Below, in pieces: positions 8,460 to 17,342 of a DNA stretch of 64,000 bases. The notes beneath the pieces were generated by a model. The model worked only from the letters and a program-made list of their open reading frames with translations, was not told the origin of the DNA and searched no databases. Numbering within the stretch: position 1 is the first letter of the stretch; the number at the start of each line of letters is the position of its first letter. Both the position numbers and the translations under genes were made by a program. The stretch covers positions 57,049 to 121,048 of the forward strand of contig JANOQV010000056.1 in assembly GCA_031414955.1 (NCBI GenBank). Reading direction: 5' to 3'. This DNA comes from Pedosphaera sp. GTDB taxonomy: Bacteria > Verrucomicrobiota > Verrucomicrobiia > Limisphaerales > SIBH01.

Positions 8460-10274
8460 TCAACGGCTCTCCGCGTATTCATTCATGTCCACGATGTAGC
8501 TCCACCAGTTGTTGAGCTTGCCGTTGTTGATCGGATTGGTCGCATCAATGTAACGGCCGGGCGCTTTGGGAAAGCGGGTCATCCACCAGTGAAGAAAGTT
8601 GCGCCCGTAATCGGGTCCGCCCCACGCATTCGCACTAACATTGGTGAGGGCTCCGGAAAGGTTTGGAAAACTCAGCCAGCGGTTGGCCTCGGATGTCACT
8701 GGGGAAAACACGCTGTACTCGTAATCGTTCGTTGCGTTCGGCGGAAAGTGAACATTGCCGCAGCCGGCGGTGCTGACACCGTGCCGCGGCCCAACCCGCG
8801 TAAATCTGTCCCACAGGTGATTGACGGTCGCGGATCCGCTCCAACTGCCATACACATGCGTGAGGATCGACTCGGAGCGGTGCCCGAACGAATGCACCGC
8901 TTCAGCGACGCCGCGCTCATAGTTTAGCCCCATGACGACGTAGAGACGGGAATTGCGAGTCAGAGCCGGTGCGTTGCACCAGTAGGCCGTGCTACCGACC
9001 ATCCTGGATTCATACACGATGCTCATGTATGGAGCACCCCAGACCACAATTTCATCAACCTCTCCGCAGGCTGCCATTTGATGGGCTGTCTTGTTCCCGA
9101 GCGCTACCAAAGGAAGATCCAGCAAGGCGTCGTAGTCCGCGCCGTTCGGCGTGTGCCAGGGATACTGCTGTGAGTTGGACCAAGATTGAAGATAGCTGGT
9201 ATCGGTGTAACGAAAGCCGTCGATCGCCGCGGGCCATAGATCAAGATCGACCGTCGCAGCCACCTGCCATTGCACGTATCCCCCGCTGGCCGTGCTTAAG
9301 TCATTCAAATAGGCCGCAGTAAGCGCGTGAGGATCGTTCCACCCAAGGTATTGATGCAGCCGCTGGTTTCCGTGAGCCTCCAATATGGGGTCGATGTTGA
9401 GAACGAGAACACGTTTTGTGATCGCTGGGCGATCTTCCGGCAAGGCCTTGCGGATTCGAAAAAAGCGGTGGTCCCCCGGAGGCGTCGGCGTCTGGAGCAT
9501 TGTGGCGTGTTCCGATCCCTTTCTAAACCCGACACTGTTCCATGCCGCGAGGTCCAGACTGTTCGAAGTGCCCAAGTTTGGGGAGGACTGTATTTCGTAC
9601 CACTGATTCAGAGAACTATTCCATGTCAGCTCCGTATCTGCGCCGACCTTTCGCAGACTGGTAATCACCAAGGGCCGGTCGAGCAGGAAGAGTTGCCACT
9701 CGTTGAGATGGACGTAGTTGTCGCCCGTGAGCCGCTGGAGTTTGAGACGGACCACCCGGCAAGTAATGGGCACCGCCAGCGACCGATCCTGCCATGCGGC
9801 TTCCGGGCCGGTCACCCAGTCGAGGGCGACGCGAAATGTTCCGGTTGCCGCGTCCAAATCGGCAACAGTATCAGCCGTCTCGACCCGCCATCGGTTGTTG
9901 CCGGCGAGGAACCAGGTGCGCGACCTCATCAGTTGCTTTGGCGTCGCAAAGCTCAAGGTGACGACCATGGGGTTGATGGATTGCGTGCGCGCCAGAGTGT
10001 TCGTGTCGCCATCGAAGATGGCGCTGATCGGCCCGATATCAATTATGGAATTGGCCACCGTTGCCTGACCGCAGATCAGCATCCCCGCGACATCGATTTG
10101 GCCGGTCTGTGCCGCGAGTGGCGTCAGGAGCGAATACAAATAGGTGCAAATCGCTGTGAGAAGGAGTGTGGTTTTGCTCATGTTACTTCGGATAGGCATT
10201 AGCTTTCTGAACGGGGCGGCGTGCATCCGTGGCCCGGAGACGGTTTGGTCGGACTTTGTTTGGTTGGCATTCAT
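8460..10274 (-). CDS. Secreted multidomain protein: discoidin/F5-8-like domain, verrucomicrobial beta module, zincin-like domain
   Basis: Signal peptide (MSKTTLLLTAIC..PLAAQ); IFDGDTNT..CRVVRLKL..LNEWQLF; LTWNS..YEIQSSPNL..W..RFFRIRK; GLNYERGVAEAVHSFGHRSE. True start may be ATG 10226 or further downstream. Confidence 0.72.
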   Translation of the reverse strand: MNANQTKSDQTVSGPRMHAAPFRKLMPIRSNMSKTTLLLTAICTYLYSLLTPLAAQTGQIDVAGMLICGQATVANSIIDIGPISAIFDGDTNTLARTQSINPMVVTLSFATPKQLMRSRTWFLAGNNRWRVETADTVADLDAATGTFRVALDWVTGPEAAWQDRSLAVPITCRVVRLKLQRLTGDNYVHLNEWQLFLLDRPLVITSLRKVGADTELTWNSSLNQWYEIQSSPNLGTSNSLDLAAWNSVGFRKGSEHATMLQTPTPPGDHRFFRIRKALPEDRPAITKRVLVLNIDPILEAHGNQRLHQYLGWNDPHALTAAYLNDLSTASGGYVQWQVAATVDLDLWPAAIDGFRYTDTSYLQSWSNSQQYPWHTPNGADYDALLDLPLVALGNKTAHQMAACGEVDEIVVWGAPYMSIVYESRMVGSTAYWCNAPALTRNSRLYVVMGLNYERGVAEAVHSFGHRSESILTHVYGSWSGSATVNHLWDRFTRVGPRHGVSTAGCGNVHFPPNATNDYEYSVFSPVTSEANRWLSFPNLSGALTNVSANAWGGPDYGRNFLHWWMTRFPKAPGRYIDATNPINNGKLNNWWSYIVDMNEYAESR

Positions 10275-10389
10275 GGTATCTGTGAACTTTTAAGGTTTTT
10301 CTCAGCGCTTTCCGCACAGGCTAAACGTGCCCGGCATCCGGCTTCGTAGAGGGAAACGTGCAATTCTCCCGATCGTTACAAACTATTTT
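10224..10389 (-). repeat. 166 bp promoter/leader direct repeat copy 1 (pairs with 13227-13392)
   Basis: Ungapped match at offset 3003, about 8 mismatches by eye. Confidence 0.95.
10355..10380 (-). promoter_or_regulatory. Candidate ECF-sigma promoter TGTAAC-N16-CGTT
   Basis: Minus strand TGTAAC gatcgggagaattgca CGTT; the AAC (-35) and CGT (-10) pattern is typical of ECF promoters. Confidence 0.7.
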
Positions 10390-10493
10390 TGCTGGTGTGG
10401 ACGAGTTGGCTTTCCTGGTTTGGAAAGCAACCGGCCTGTACAGAAAAGACTGGCCTCGAGAATTTGTTTTCCCTCTTAACGGCCCGCAATGCG

Positions 10494-13277
10494 TCATAAC
10501 GAAACGAGTGCCACGCGGAGACGCAGGAACCGCTGGCCGGTACCCACAGGAAGGACATCTCGCACCATGACTTGTCGAAAGGCTCCATCCAACGGCTGCG
10601 ACGAGACCTCCGGTGCGGCTATCGCCTGCCAAGTGACGAGATTGGTCGATGCTTCAATCGTCAGCACAAGATCGGCCGCCGGTCGGTAACGCTGCGGAAA
10701 GGTGAGCGTGAGGTAGGAGGAACCGCCGATCTTCGCGAAGCCTCCGCGAGGGCGGCGCTTGAATTCCAGGCCGGGCGTCATGCCCACGGCATACCGAAAG
10801 AGGAGGATGTTACTTCCCCCCAACGGATCAACTGCCGGCGGCGTCGAGCTACTCCAGTGCTCCGGGTAGGAACTGCGCCACGCCGCAAAGGGCGCATCGA
10901 AGACCAGTCGGCTAAATGCCGAATTCGACCCTCCTGGTCCTTGAACCGAAAGGGTGTAGGTGCCGACGTGAGCGTTGGTCGCCACAGGGATGACCAGTTC
11001 GTCGGAGGTTCCGAGAACATTAGAACTGCCTCCTTGGCGCCATGCGTAGTTGGTCACAGTCCCCCCTTGCGCGATGCTGGATAGCACCACTGGATCACCG
11101 GCCCGGGCAAACACCGTAGTGCGCAGGGAGACTATTGGGAGATCCGGCACCGCCACCGGCTGAATGCTCACCATGGTCGAAACGGGTCCTACGGTGTAGG
11201 TGACCGTGCCGACGGCCCCTGTGGAGACGACAATATCATCACCATTGAAGACAATGCCGCTGCCGGCCACCGCCACACTGACATCGTCTCGATTGAGAAT
11301 CAGGGTTCTCGACATCGGCCCGAAGCTGCCGGTGAATGATGGGCGAAAGCTCCCGGCATAGATCGACGACACGCTGGTTGGGTTGCACGAGAGACCGGTC
11401 AGTGCGGAAAGTGCGGGGATGGACCATATCCGCCGTGGCGGGGCGGCCTCGTTCGGGCCACCGGCAGCAGACACGACGACGTCAGCGTTCGTGAGATTGG
11501 TGATATCCACGACCACCTCGGAACCCGTGATCTGTGCAGGGAGTGAAACTGGAATCAGACCATCGAAACGGTAGGCGTCAACAGTCGTCGGGGTGACGCC
11601 CTGGCCAGTGACGGAATTCCGCAGGTTGATCTTGATGCCCTGGAATCCACCCAATTGGACCAATGACGGCAGCTCGAAATCATCTATCACACTTTGAAGC
11701 AGGCGACGTTGCATCGCATCTAAATCCGACATTGTTGGAGCGACCACTCTTTTGTTGAAAGCACCTTTACTAGAGTCGAGATAGGCGGCCAATACCCGTT
11801 CGCCCATTGCTTGCGACGCCGTTTGCGTACCTTCGTGGACCCCGGGCACGATAGACGCATGAGCCATGTGATCGGAAATTGTTTCGTCTGGCTGAATTCC
11901 GCCACCTTGAGACAGATAGTCCACGATGCCGTCATATCCGCCCGACTTAATGAACGCCGCATTGTCCGGATTGATGCCAAGCAACGAATGAAACTGGCGC
12001 GTTAGGAAATCCTGTGGGTAACCGGGATAAGCTAGTCCACCATCGATTCGGGAACTCAGAAAAGTAGCCGGTGGAACGAGAGCGTTCGGCTGACTCCAAG
12101 GAGCATCGGGGTTCCAAGGGTCGAATTTGTAAGCCCCTAGCCAGTAGTGGGCGAGGTATGTAAAAAGTGTGTTTGGAGCTGCGACAGTCGGGGGTGCGGA
12201 GGGTGGGTAAGTCAGTAAATCACCGATCCCAACTCTTTGGTAACGCAAGCCCCATCCTGCGACTCTGCTGCCAACTAGAGGAGAGCCAATGGTCACCAGG
12301 CCAAACACTTGATTCATGATATCTTGGTTTGGAAAGGGGGTGCCGGAGGATCGACTAGAGCACATCGCAACCGCCAACACACCACCTTGGGAGTGTCCGA
12401 CCAAAAAAAATCGTTTGATTGCCCAATTCTTGCGGACCAACGCCGTCGGGCTGATGACTTCTCTCTGAACCACAGCAACGGCGGCAGCAAATTGATCCGG
12501 CCAATTGGGTTCATCTGGTGGATAAGTGAGAGGCAGAACCCAATCAGAACCGTCTCCTTCACGGAGTGGCTTAAGAAAATCTTCGGTGAACGTGGTTTTA
12601 TCACTTTGGATACCGTGGAGAAGGACAATCAGTGGCTTCCGCACGGCAAAGGTCACTGTTTGCGTTTCGAGATCCTCCCATTCGGGGGGGAGAGTTGGAT
12701 CAGGATTAGGCCAGCCCACTCGACCGCGCAGTGTAAGCCGGATGCGAAAGACGGCACGATTCGATCCTGGGGCGAACATGGGGGCGAAGCCGGGATCGGG
12801 GGGCATCCCAGGGAAAATTACTTTGGCGTTAAACTGCGAAGAGAGTTTGATTTCAAGCGGACGAATGTGAAGTGGACTGGAGTCTCGATCTGGGTAAACG
12901 CCGGCAATGATACCTTGACCGTGATCAAGTGGCCCGACAGGAAAGGCACCTCCCCCTAAGTGGGTCACTTCGCCGCGCACAAATTCGGCACCCGGCTGGT
13001 CATGTGCCCAGTAGACTAGGAGAGAGGAGCCGTCGGCTGCCATCCCCGAGTCCACACCCCCGGGAATCGGAGAGCTGGCCAACGCCTCTGCTCTGCCTTG
13101 GTTAAACCCCATTTTGTAGAGCAACGGCATGGCGGCCTGCGTCTGAGGCGTTGTGGCTGCGAACGCGATGAGACAGATGGAGAAAACACAGAACGTAATT
13201 CGCTGTATTCTGGACGCTGCCCAGTTCATCCGTGGCCCGGAGACGGTTTGGTCGGACGTTGTTTGATTGGCTTTCAT
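10494..13277 (-). CDS. Secreted alpha/beta-hydrolase (lipase/PGAP1-like) with Ig-like and verrucomicrobial C-terminal module
   Basis: Signal peptide; VLLHGIQS, nucleophile elbow GHSQGG, TIGSPLVGS, YDGIV, HMAH; Ig motif YAWRQ..GTYTLSV; LTIEASTNLVTW..RFLRLRV. True start may be ATG 13229. Confidence 0.8.
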   Translation of the reverse strand: MKANQTTSDQTVSGPRMNWAASRIQRITFCVFSICLIAFAATTPQTQAAMPLLYKMGFNQGRAEALASSPIPGGVDSGMAADGSSLLVYWAHDQPGAEFVRGEVTHLGGGAFPVGPLDHGQGIIAGVYPDRDSSPLHIRPLEIKLSSQFNAKVIFPGMPPDPGFAPMFAPGSNRAVFRIRLTLRGRVGWPNPDPTLPPEWEDLETQTVTFAVRKPLIVLLHGIQSDKTTFTEDFLKPLREGDGSDWVLPLTYPPDEPNWPDQFAAAVAVVQREVISPTALVRKNWAIKRFFLVGHSQGGVLAVAMCSSRSSGTPFPNQDIMNQVFGLVTIGSPLVGSRVAGWGLRYQRVGIGDLLTYPPSAPPTVAAPNTLFTYLAHYWLGAYKFDPWNPDAPWSQPNALVPPATFLSSRIDGGLAYPGYPQDFLTRQFHSLLGINPDNAAFIKSGGYDGIVDYLSQGGGIQPDETISDHMAHASIVPGVHEGTQTASQAMGERVLAAYLDSSKGAFNKRVVAPTMSDLDAMQRRLLQSVIDDFELPSLVQLGGFQGIKINLRNSVTGQGVTPTTVDAYRFDGLIPVSLPAQITGSEVVVDITNLTNADVVVSAAGGPNEAAPPRRIWSIPALSALTGLSCNPTSVSSIYAGSFRPSFTGSFGPMSRTLILNRDDVSVAVAGSGIVFNGDDIVVSTGAVGTVTYTVGPVSTMVSIQPVAVPDLPIVSLRTTVFARAGDPVVLSSIAQGGTVTNYAWRQGGSSNVLGTSDELVIPVATNAHVGTYTLSVQGPGGSNSAFSRLVFDAPFAAWRSSYPEHWSSSTPPAVDPLGGSNILLFRYAVGMTPGLEFKRRPRGGFAKIGGSSYLTLTFPQRYRPAADLVLTIEASTNLVTWQAIAAPEVSSQPLDGAFRQVMVRDVLPVGTGQRFLRLRVALVSL

Positions 13278-13392
13278 GGTATCTGTGAACTTTTAAGGTT
13301 TTTCTGAGCGCTTTCCGCACAGGCTAAACGTGCCCAGCATCCGGCTTCGTGGAGGGAAACGTGCAATTCTCTCGATCGTTACAGACTATTTT
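13227..13392 (-). repeat. 166 bp promoter/leader direct repeat copy 2
   Basis: Matches 10224-10389. Confidence 0.95.
13358..13383 (-). promoter_or_regulatory. Candidate ECF-sigma promoter TGTAAC-N16-CGTT
   Basis: Minus strand TGTAAC gatcgagagaattgca CGTT. Confidence 0.7.
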
Positions 13393-13429
13393 CAGGCGGA
13401 GCCAAACAGCGGATCGCGGTGGCTGGGCG

Positions 13430-13555
13430 CAGTGAAGAGTTTTTCGATTTGACCTCAGCTCGAATGGAACCAGGGCCGCGTGTTGCGCCCGCCGCCTGGC
13501 CTTCATCGCCTCCGGGAGATCCGGGCTGGCCAGCCACCGCTGATACACGGAGGGA
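13430..13555 (-). mobile_element. Probable IS transposase C-terminal remnant
   Basis: YQRWLASPDLPEAMKARRRAQHAALVPFEL resembles the TPYQRLLAS..K..L....LDPF.L tail of integrase-core transposases; recognised from memory, not searched. Confidence 0.5.
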
Positions 13556-13661
13556 GAACACAGACAGCACTTCTGGCCAGTCCGCCCCCAGCGGCATTGG
13601 GTCTTGGTCGCTGGAAAAGTTTGCGGATCAGCGGGAAGGACAGAGATCCAAGCGAGAGGCT

Positions 13662-13687
13662 TGTAACGTTTGGCAAGAACTCCCGTT
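13662..13687 (+). promoter_or_regulatory. Candidate ECF-sigma promoter TGTAAC-N16-CGTT
   Basis: TGTAAC gtttggcaagaactcc CGTT, 60 nt upstream of ATG 13748; spacer unrelated to the other two copies. Confidence 0.7.
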
Positions 13688-13747
13688 ACCTCCGAAAGAA
13701 GGCTTCAATCGAAGCCAAAAAAGCAAAAACACTAATCCAGTTCAGCC

Positions 13748-14884
13748 ATGAAAAAATTCAAATACAGCTCTCATTTCCGCAATCTCGCCACCTTTCTGCT
13801 GGTGGCAACAATCGGTCTCCCCACGACCAATGCCCATGCGGCCAGCCTCTCTGACTTCCTTAGGGTCAAGGATGGGAAAGTTACAGCGATCAATCGCAGC
13901 GCGATCATCCCAAGTGTAATCCAGGACGTGAGCAAGGTTTTCGAGCCAAGCGGGCCAGGCTCGGCCGGGGAAGCGACTCCCAGCACGGCGCCGACACCGA
14001 CGACCGGGAGCGAATCGACTGCGGCACCCAGCGCGGCCGTGGACGACTCGACCGCACCCAAAACCGTGACCCCCAAAGACGCGACCGGGAGGTTGCCGAG
14101 CGCCAACCTGGGGATTCGTCCGCAGATTGACGGCCTGCCGGTTCGTTATGCGCTGACGGCCAACGATCATGTTCTCAACCTCAAGATCTATGGAGGTGAA
14201 AACAAATTGAGCACGCATTTTGCGAGCAGGTTTCTGGGGAACGACACGTTGGAAACATCGGTCCAGGGAGCAAAAATCCTGAATCAAACGTTCGGACGGC
14301 TCAATCCAAACCTTGAGGCATGGATCAGGGAGTTCAGAGAGTACCAGGCATTCCGCGGAGATGAATTCAAGGAACGGGATTACCTGCCCAAGATGACCGC
14401 GATCCTGACGGAAGAACTCAATTTCGCCCGAAAACTGCGCAAGGTCCGCGCTTTCGAGGCCAGATCCCAGTCGGGCGTCTATAATTTCGAGCGGCGCGCC
14501 TTTCCAGTTGAGTTGGGCCACGGACAAATGGTGTATCTGTCCAACGGGCAGAAGGTCGCATTGAGTGAAGTGACGTTGGACTCCGCACGGGCGCGAGCGT
14601 TGCGCGAAGCGACAAAGACCGGCGACCGCTGTTTCGGTTTTGGGATAATGGTCGAGGGAAATCTGCTGACCCACCACGAAGTTCAGGAACGCGGATGGAG
14701 CCTCGCTCCCGGCAGTTCCAAGCATTACATGGAAGCAACCAAGATGCTCGTTTACCTGCTCGAATGGACAGATACGCGGGGCAAAGGCAATCCCATCGTC
14801 CATACGACCTTGCTGGAAGCTCGTGACCTCTCCAGCCGAGAGGCGGTGGCCAAGGTCCCGCCAGTTTTCTCCCTGCCCGAGTAA
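13748..14884 (+). CDS. Secreted hypothetical protein with Pro/Thr/Ala linker (possibly DUF4852-like)
   Basis: Signal peptide ending AHA; low-complexity linker; DEF..GVYNFERRAFPV segment. Confidence 0.7.
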   Translation: MKKFKYSSHFRNLATFLLVATIGLPTTNAHAASLSDFLRVKDGKVTAINRSAIIPSVIQDVSKVFEPSGPGSAGEATPSTAPTPTTGSESTAAPSAAVDDSTAPKTVTPKDATGRLPSANLGIRPQIDGLPVRYALTANDHVLNLKIYGGENKLSTHFASRFLGNDTLETSVQGAKILNQTFGRLNPNLEAWIREFREYQAFRGDEFKERDYLPKMTAILTEELNFARKLRKVRAFEARSQSGVYNFERRAFPVELGHGQMVYLSNGQKVALSEVTLDSARARALREATKTGDRCFGFGIMVEGNLLTHHEVQERGWSLAPGSSKHYMEATKMLVYLLEWTDTRGKGNPIVHTTLLEARDLSSREAVAKVPPVFSLPE

Positions 14885-14937
14885 GGGCTTCCACTGCTCG
14901 TTTTTTGGCTGTGGTACAGGCACGGCGATGACGTGCC

Positions 14938-15150
14938 TTGGCCCGTCGCCTACTCTCCAATGAAATGGGCCACGATGCGGCGGCGGTGGGCGTGCGTGCG
15001 GTGTTCCCAAAGATAAATGCCCTGCCAGGTGCCCAGCGCCAGCTCACCGCGTGCGATGGGCACAGTCACATTCACGGCCGTGAGCGCGGTGCGGATGTGC
15101 GCGGACATGTCGTCCTCGCCCTCAGCGGTGTGGGCGAAGATCGCGTCGCC
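14938..15150. repeat. Direct repeat copy 2 (3' end of intact yjbQ)
   Basis: Matches 4819-5031. Confidence 0.92.
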
Positions 15151-15372
15151 ATCCGGGACGAGGCGGACGAAAAACTTCTCGAAGTCGCGGCGCACTTCGG
15201 GATCGGCATTTTCCTGGATGACGAGGGAGGCGGAGGTGTGCTGGACGTGCAGCGTGACCTGGCCGGTCTTGATTCCGCTCTGGTGGAGGAGCGAGGCCAC
15301 TTCGCTGGTAAACTCGTAAAAGGCACGCCCACGAGTGGCGATGATGATTTCGTGTTGGACCTGGCGAAGCAT
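14950..15372 (-). CDS. yjbQ: YjbQ/UPF0047 protein (secondary thiamine-phosphate synthase family)
   Basis: HTSASLVIQENADPEV, HTAEGEDDMSAHIR, LGTWQGIYLWEHR. Confidence 0.93.
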   Translation of the reverse strand: MLRQVQHEIIIATRGRAFYEFTSEVASLLHQSGIKTGQVTLHVQHTSASLVIQENADPEVRRDFEKFFVRLVPDGDAIFAHTAEGEDDMSAHIRTALTAVNVTVPIARGELALGTWQGIYLWEHRTHAHRRRIVAHFIGE

Positions 15373-15387
15373 CGGGGCCGGGAAACC

Positions 15388-17121
15388 TCAGGGCTGGCGG
15401 ATGATTTTTTCCAGCGACTCGTTGCGGGGATGGCCCGCCGCGCGCGCTTTCTGGTAGTGCCAGCGCGCCAGTGCCACGGCGGGCGGAGTTTGCGTGGCAT
15501 AGACCACGGCGAGATTGTTGTGGGCCACGGCATTGTCGGGGGCGAGTTGCACGGCGCGGCGCAGGGCCGCCTCCGCCGGGACGCGCAGCCCTTTCTCGCT
15601 CAACACGATGCCGAGATAATTTTGCGTGTCGGGATAATTCGGATTCACTTTGGACGAACGGCTCAGAGCATCCAGCGCCTCGTCGAGCTTGTCCTGACGG
15701 TAGCGCAACCGGCCCAGAACGTAGAGGCTGAAGTAATCGCTTGGGTCCGAATCCAGGGCATGCCGGACGTTTCTTTCGGTCTCGGCGAGTTCACCCAGTT
15801 CCAACTGCGCGGAGGCGAGGTTGCCGAGCGTGGTGACGTTGTTCGTGTCCTGACGCAGAAGTTCGGCGTACTTCTGCGCGGCCTCGGTGTAATTCCCGCT
15901 GGCAAAAGCGCGCTCCGCCGCTTGCACCAGTTTCTGCGCGCCGGTGGGAACGCCACGGGTGGCGTTGCGCAGCGGGCCTTCGGCGGGGGGCGGAATGGCC
16001 GATGTCGGCACCGCCGGCTGAGTGGAGGCGGTGAACGCGGCCGTGATGACCGCCGGAGTCCGGGCAAAGAGCGCGATTTCCTCCGTGGTGTAGGGCGCAG
16101 GTTTCGCTTCCAACGCCTGCACGCGAGCCTTCAAGGCCTCCAGTTCGCGCTTCGCCTCCGCCGGCATCACCGTGTTGGTCAGGATACGACGCTGGGCGTT
16201 GAGGGCGACCTGCTTCGCGAGCTCCAGTTCTTTTTGTAGGGCGATGTTCTGGGCCGCGGTTTTGTTCAACTGTTCGACTTGCGCGGCGGAACTGGCGGTC
16301 GCTTTGGCCAGGGTCTCGCGGACCATGTTCGTGGCCGAGTCCAGCCGGACCTGCCACTCCACGGACTGTTTCTTCAGGATTTCGTTTTCGGAGCGCAAGG
16401 TGGTGATGACCTCGATCTGCTCGGTCAGTTTCGAGGCCAGTTCAGGCGGGGCCAGGACCGCCGGCGCGGTGTTGGCGCGCTGGGCCAGTTGCACCTTGAA
16501 CAGCTCGTTCTCCTTTTGCAGGGCGCGAATGCGCTCTTCCGCCCGGGCCAACTCCTTGGGATCGAGTCCCGCCGGCTGCACCGAAAGCGCCTCCTTCAAT
16601 TTTGCGGCCAGCAGTTTGTTGTCCGCCTGGAGCCGATCAATCTCCGCCTTCAGGTTTTGCACTTGCTGGTCGAACTCGGTGGACCAGGCGGCGGCGTTGT
16701 TCGTGGGCGTGAACAAAGGAACCGGATTGGTCGGGCCGGTGAGGGAGAGGTTCGTCACGATCAGCGGCACAGGGATCGGCGGCGTGGTCGGAGCGACCGG
16801 CGCGGGCGCAAGGGGTGTCGGCGGCGCAGCGGGAGTCCCGCCCAAGGTCGAGGCGATGGGCGCGAGCTTGGTGGTGATGTAATTCAACCGGTAGTTGACC
16901 ACGCGATCGTTCCAGCCGGGATAGATTCCACGGAAATTGGTCAGCGCGCTTTGGGCCTCCACGTATTTGGACGCCGCCAGCTTGGGCTGGCCCGTGTCGT
17001 TGAGGCGATCCGCATCCTGAATCATCTGGTAGATGCGGACGTAGTGCTCATCCGGGCCGTCGGCGTGCGCCCAGAGGCACGTCAGCAGCCACGCCGTCAG
17101 CAGTACGAGGAACCGATTCAT
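15388..17121 (-). CDS. Exported coiled-coil / tetratricopeptide-repeat protein
   Basis: Signal peptide from ATG 17121 (MNRFLVLLTAWLL..AHA), Pro-rich linker, coiled coil, C-terminal TPRs. Confidence 0.85.
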   Translation of the reverse strand: MNRFLVLLTAWLLTCLWAHADGPDEHYVRIYQMIQDADRLNDTGQPKLAASKYVEAQSALTNFRGIYPGWNDRVVNYRLNYITTKLAPIASTLGGTPAAPPTPLAPAPVAPTTPPIPVPLIVTNLSLTGPTNPVPLFTPTNNAAAWSTEFDQQVQNLKAEIDRLQADNKLLAAKLKEALSVQPAGLDPKELARAEERIRALQKENELFKVQLAQRANTAPAVLAPPELASKLTEQIEVITTLRSENEILKKQSVEWQVRLDSATNMVRETLAKATASSAAQVEQLNKTAAQNIALQKELELAKQVALNAQRRILTNTVMPAEAKRELEALKARVQALEAKPAPYTTEEIALFARTPAVITAAFTASTQPAVPTSAIPPPAEGPLRNATRGVPTGAQKLVQAAERAFASGNYTEAAQKYAELLRQDTNNVTTLGNLASAQLELGELAETERNVRHALDSDPSDYFSLYVLGRLRYRQDKLDEALDALSRSSKVNPNYPDTQNYLGIVLSEKGLRVPAEAALRRAVQLAPDNAVAHNNLAVVYATQTPPAVALARWHYQKARAAGHPRNESLEKIIRQP

Positions 17122-17342
17122 GGTGGCGGAACTTAGAGAGGGAACGCGTGGTTTGCAACGTCCCACCTGCAACCGGCGGAATTCCCCCCGGCGAGGCCGC
17201 GTGGTCGTGGCCTCCTCTGGCCCCGTCCCGCCTGCGGCGGTGGGAGCATCGGGAGCAGATTCCAACCCGCCGCCTCCGAGCGAGGGTGCTTCCGTTGAGA
17301 GCGGCACGGTTCCTCCATGGACAATCCACGGGCCCGCCCGCC

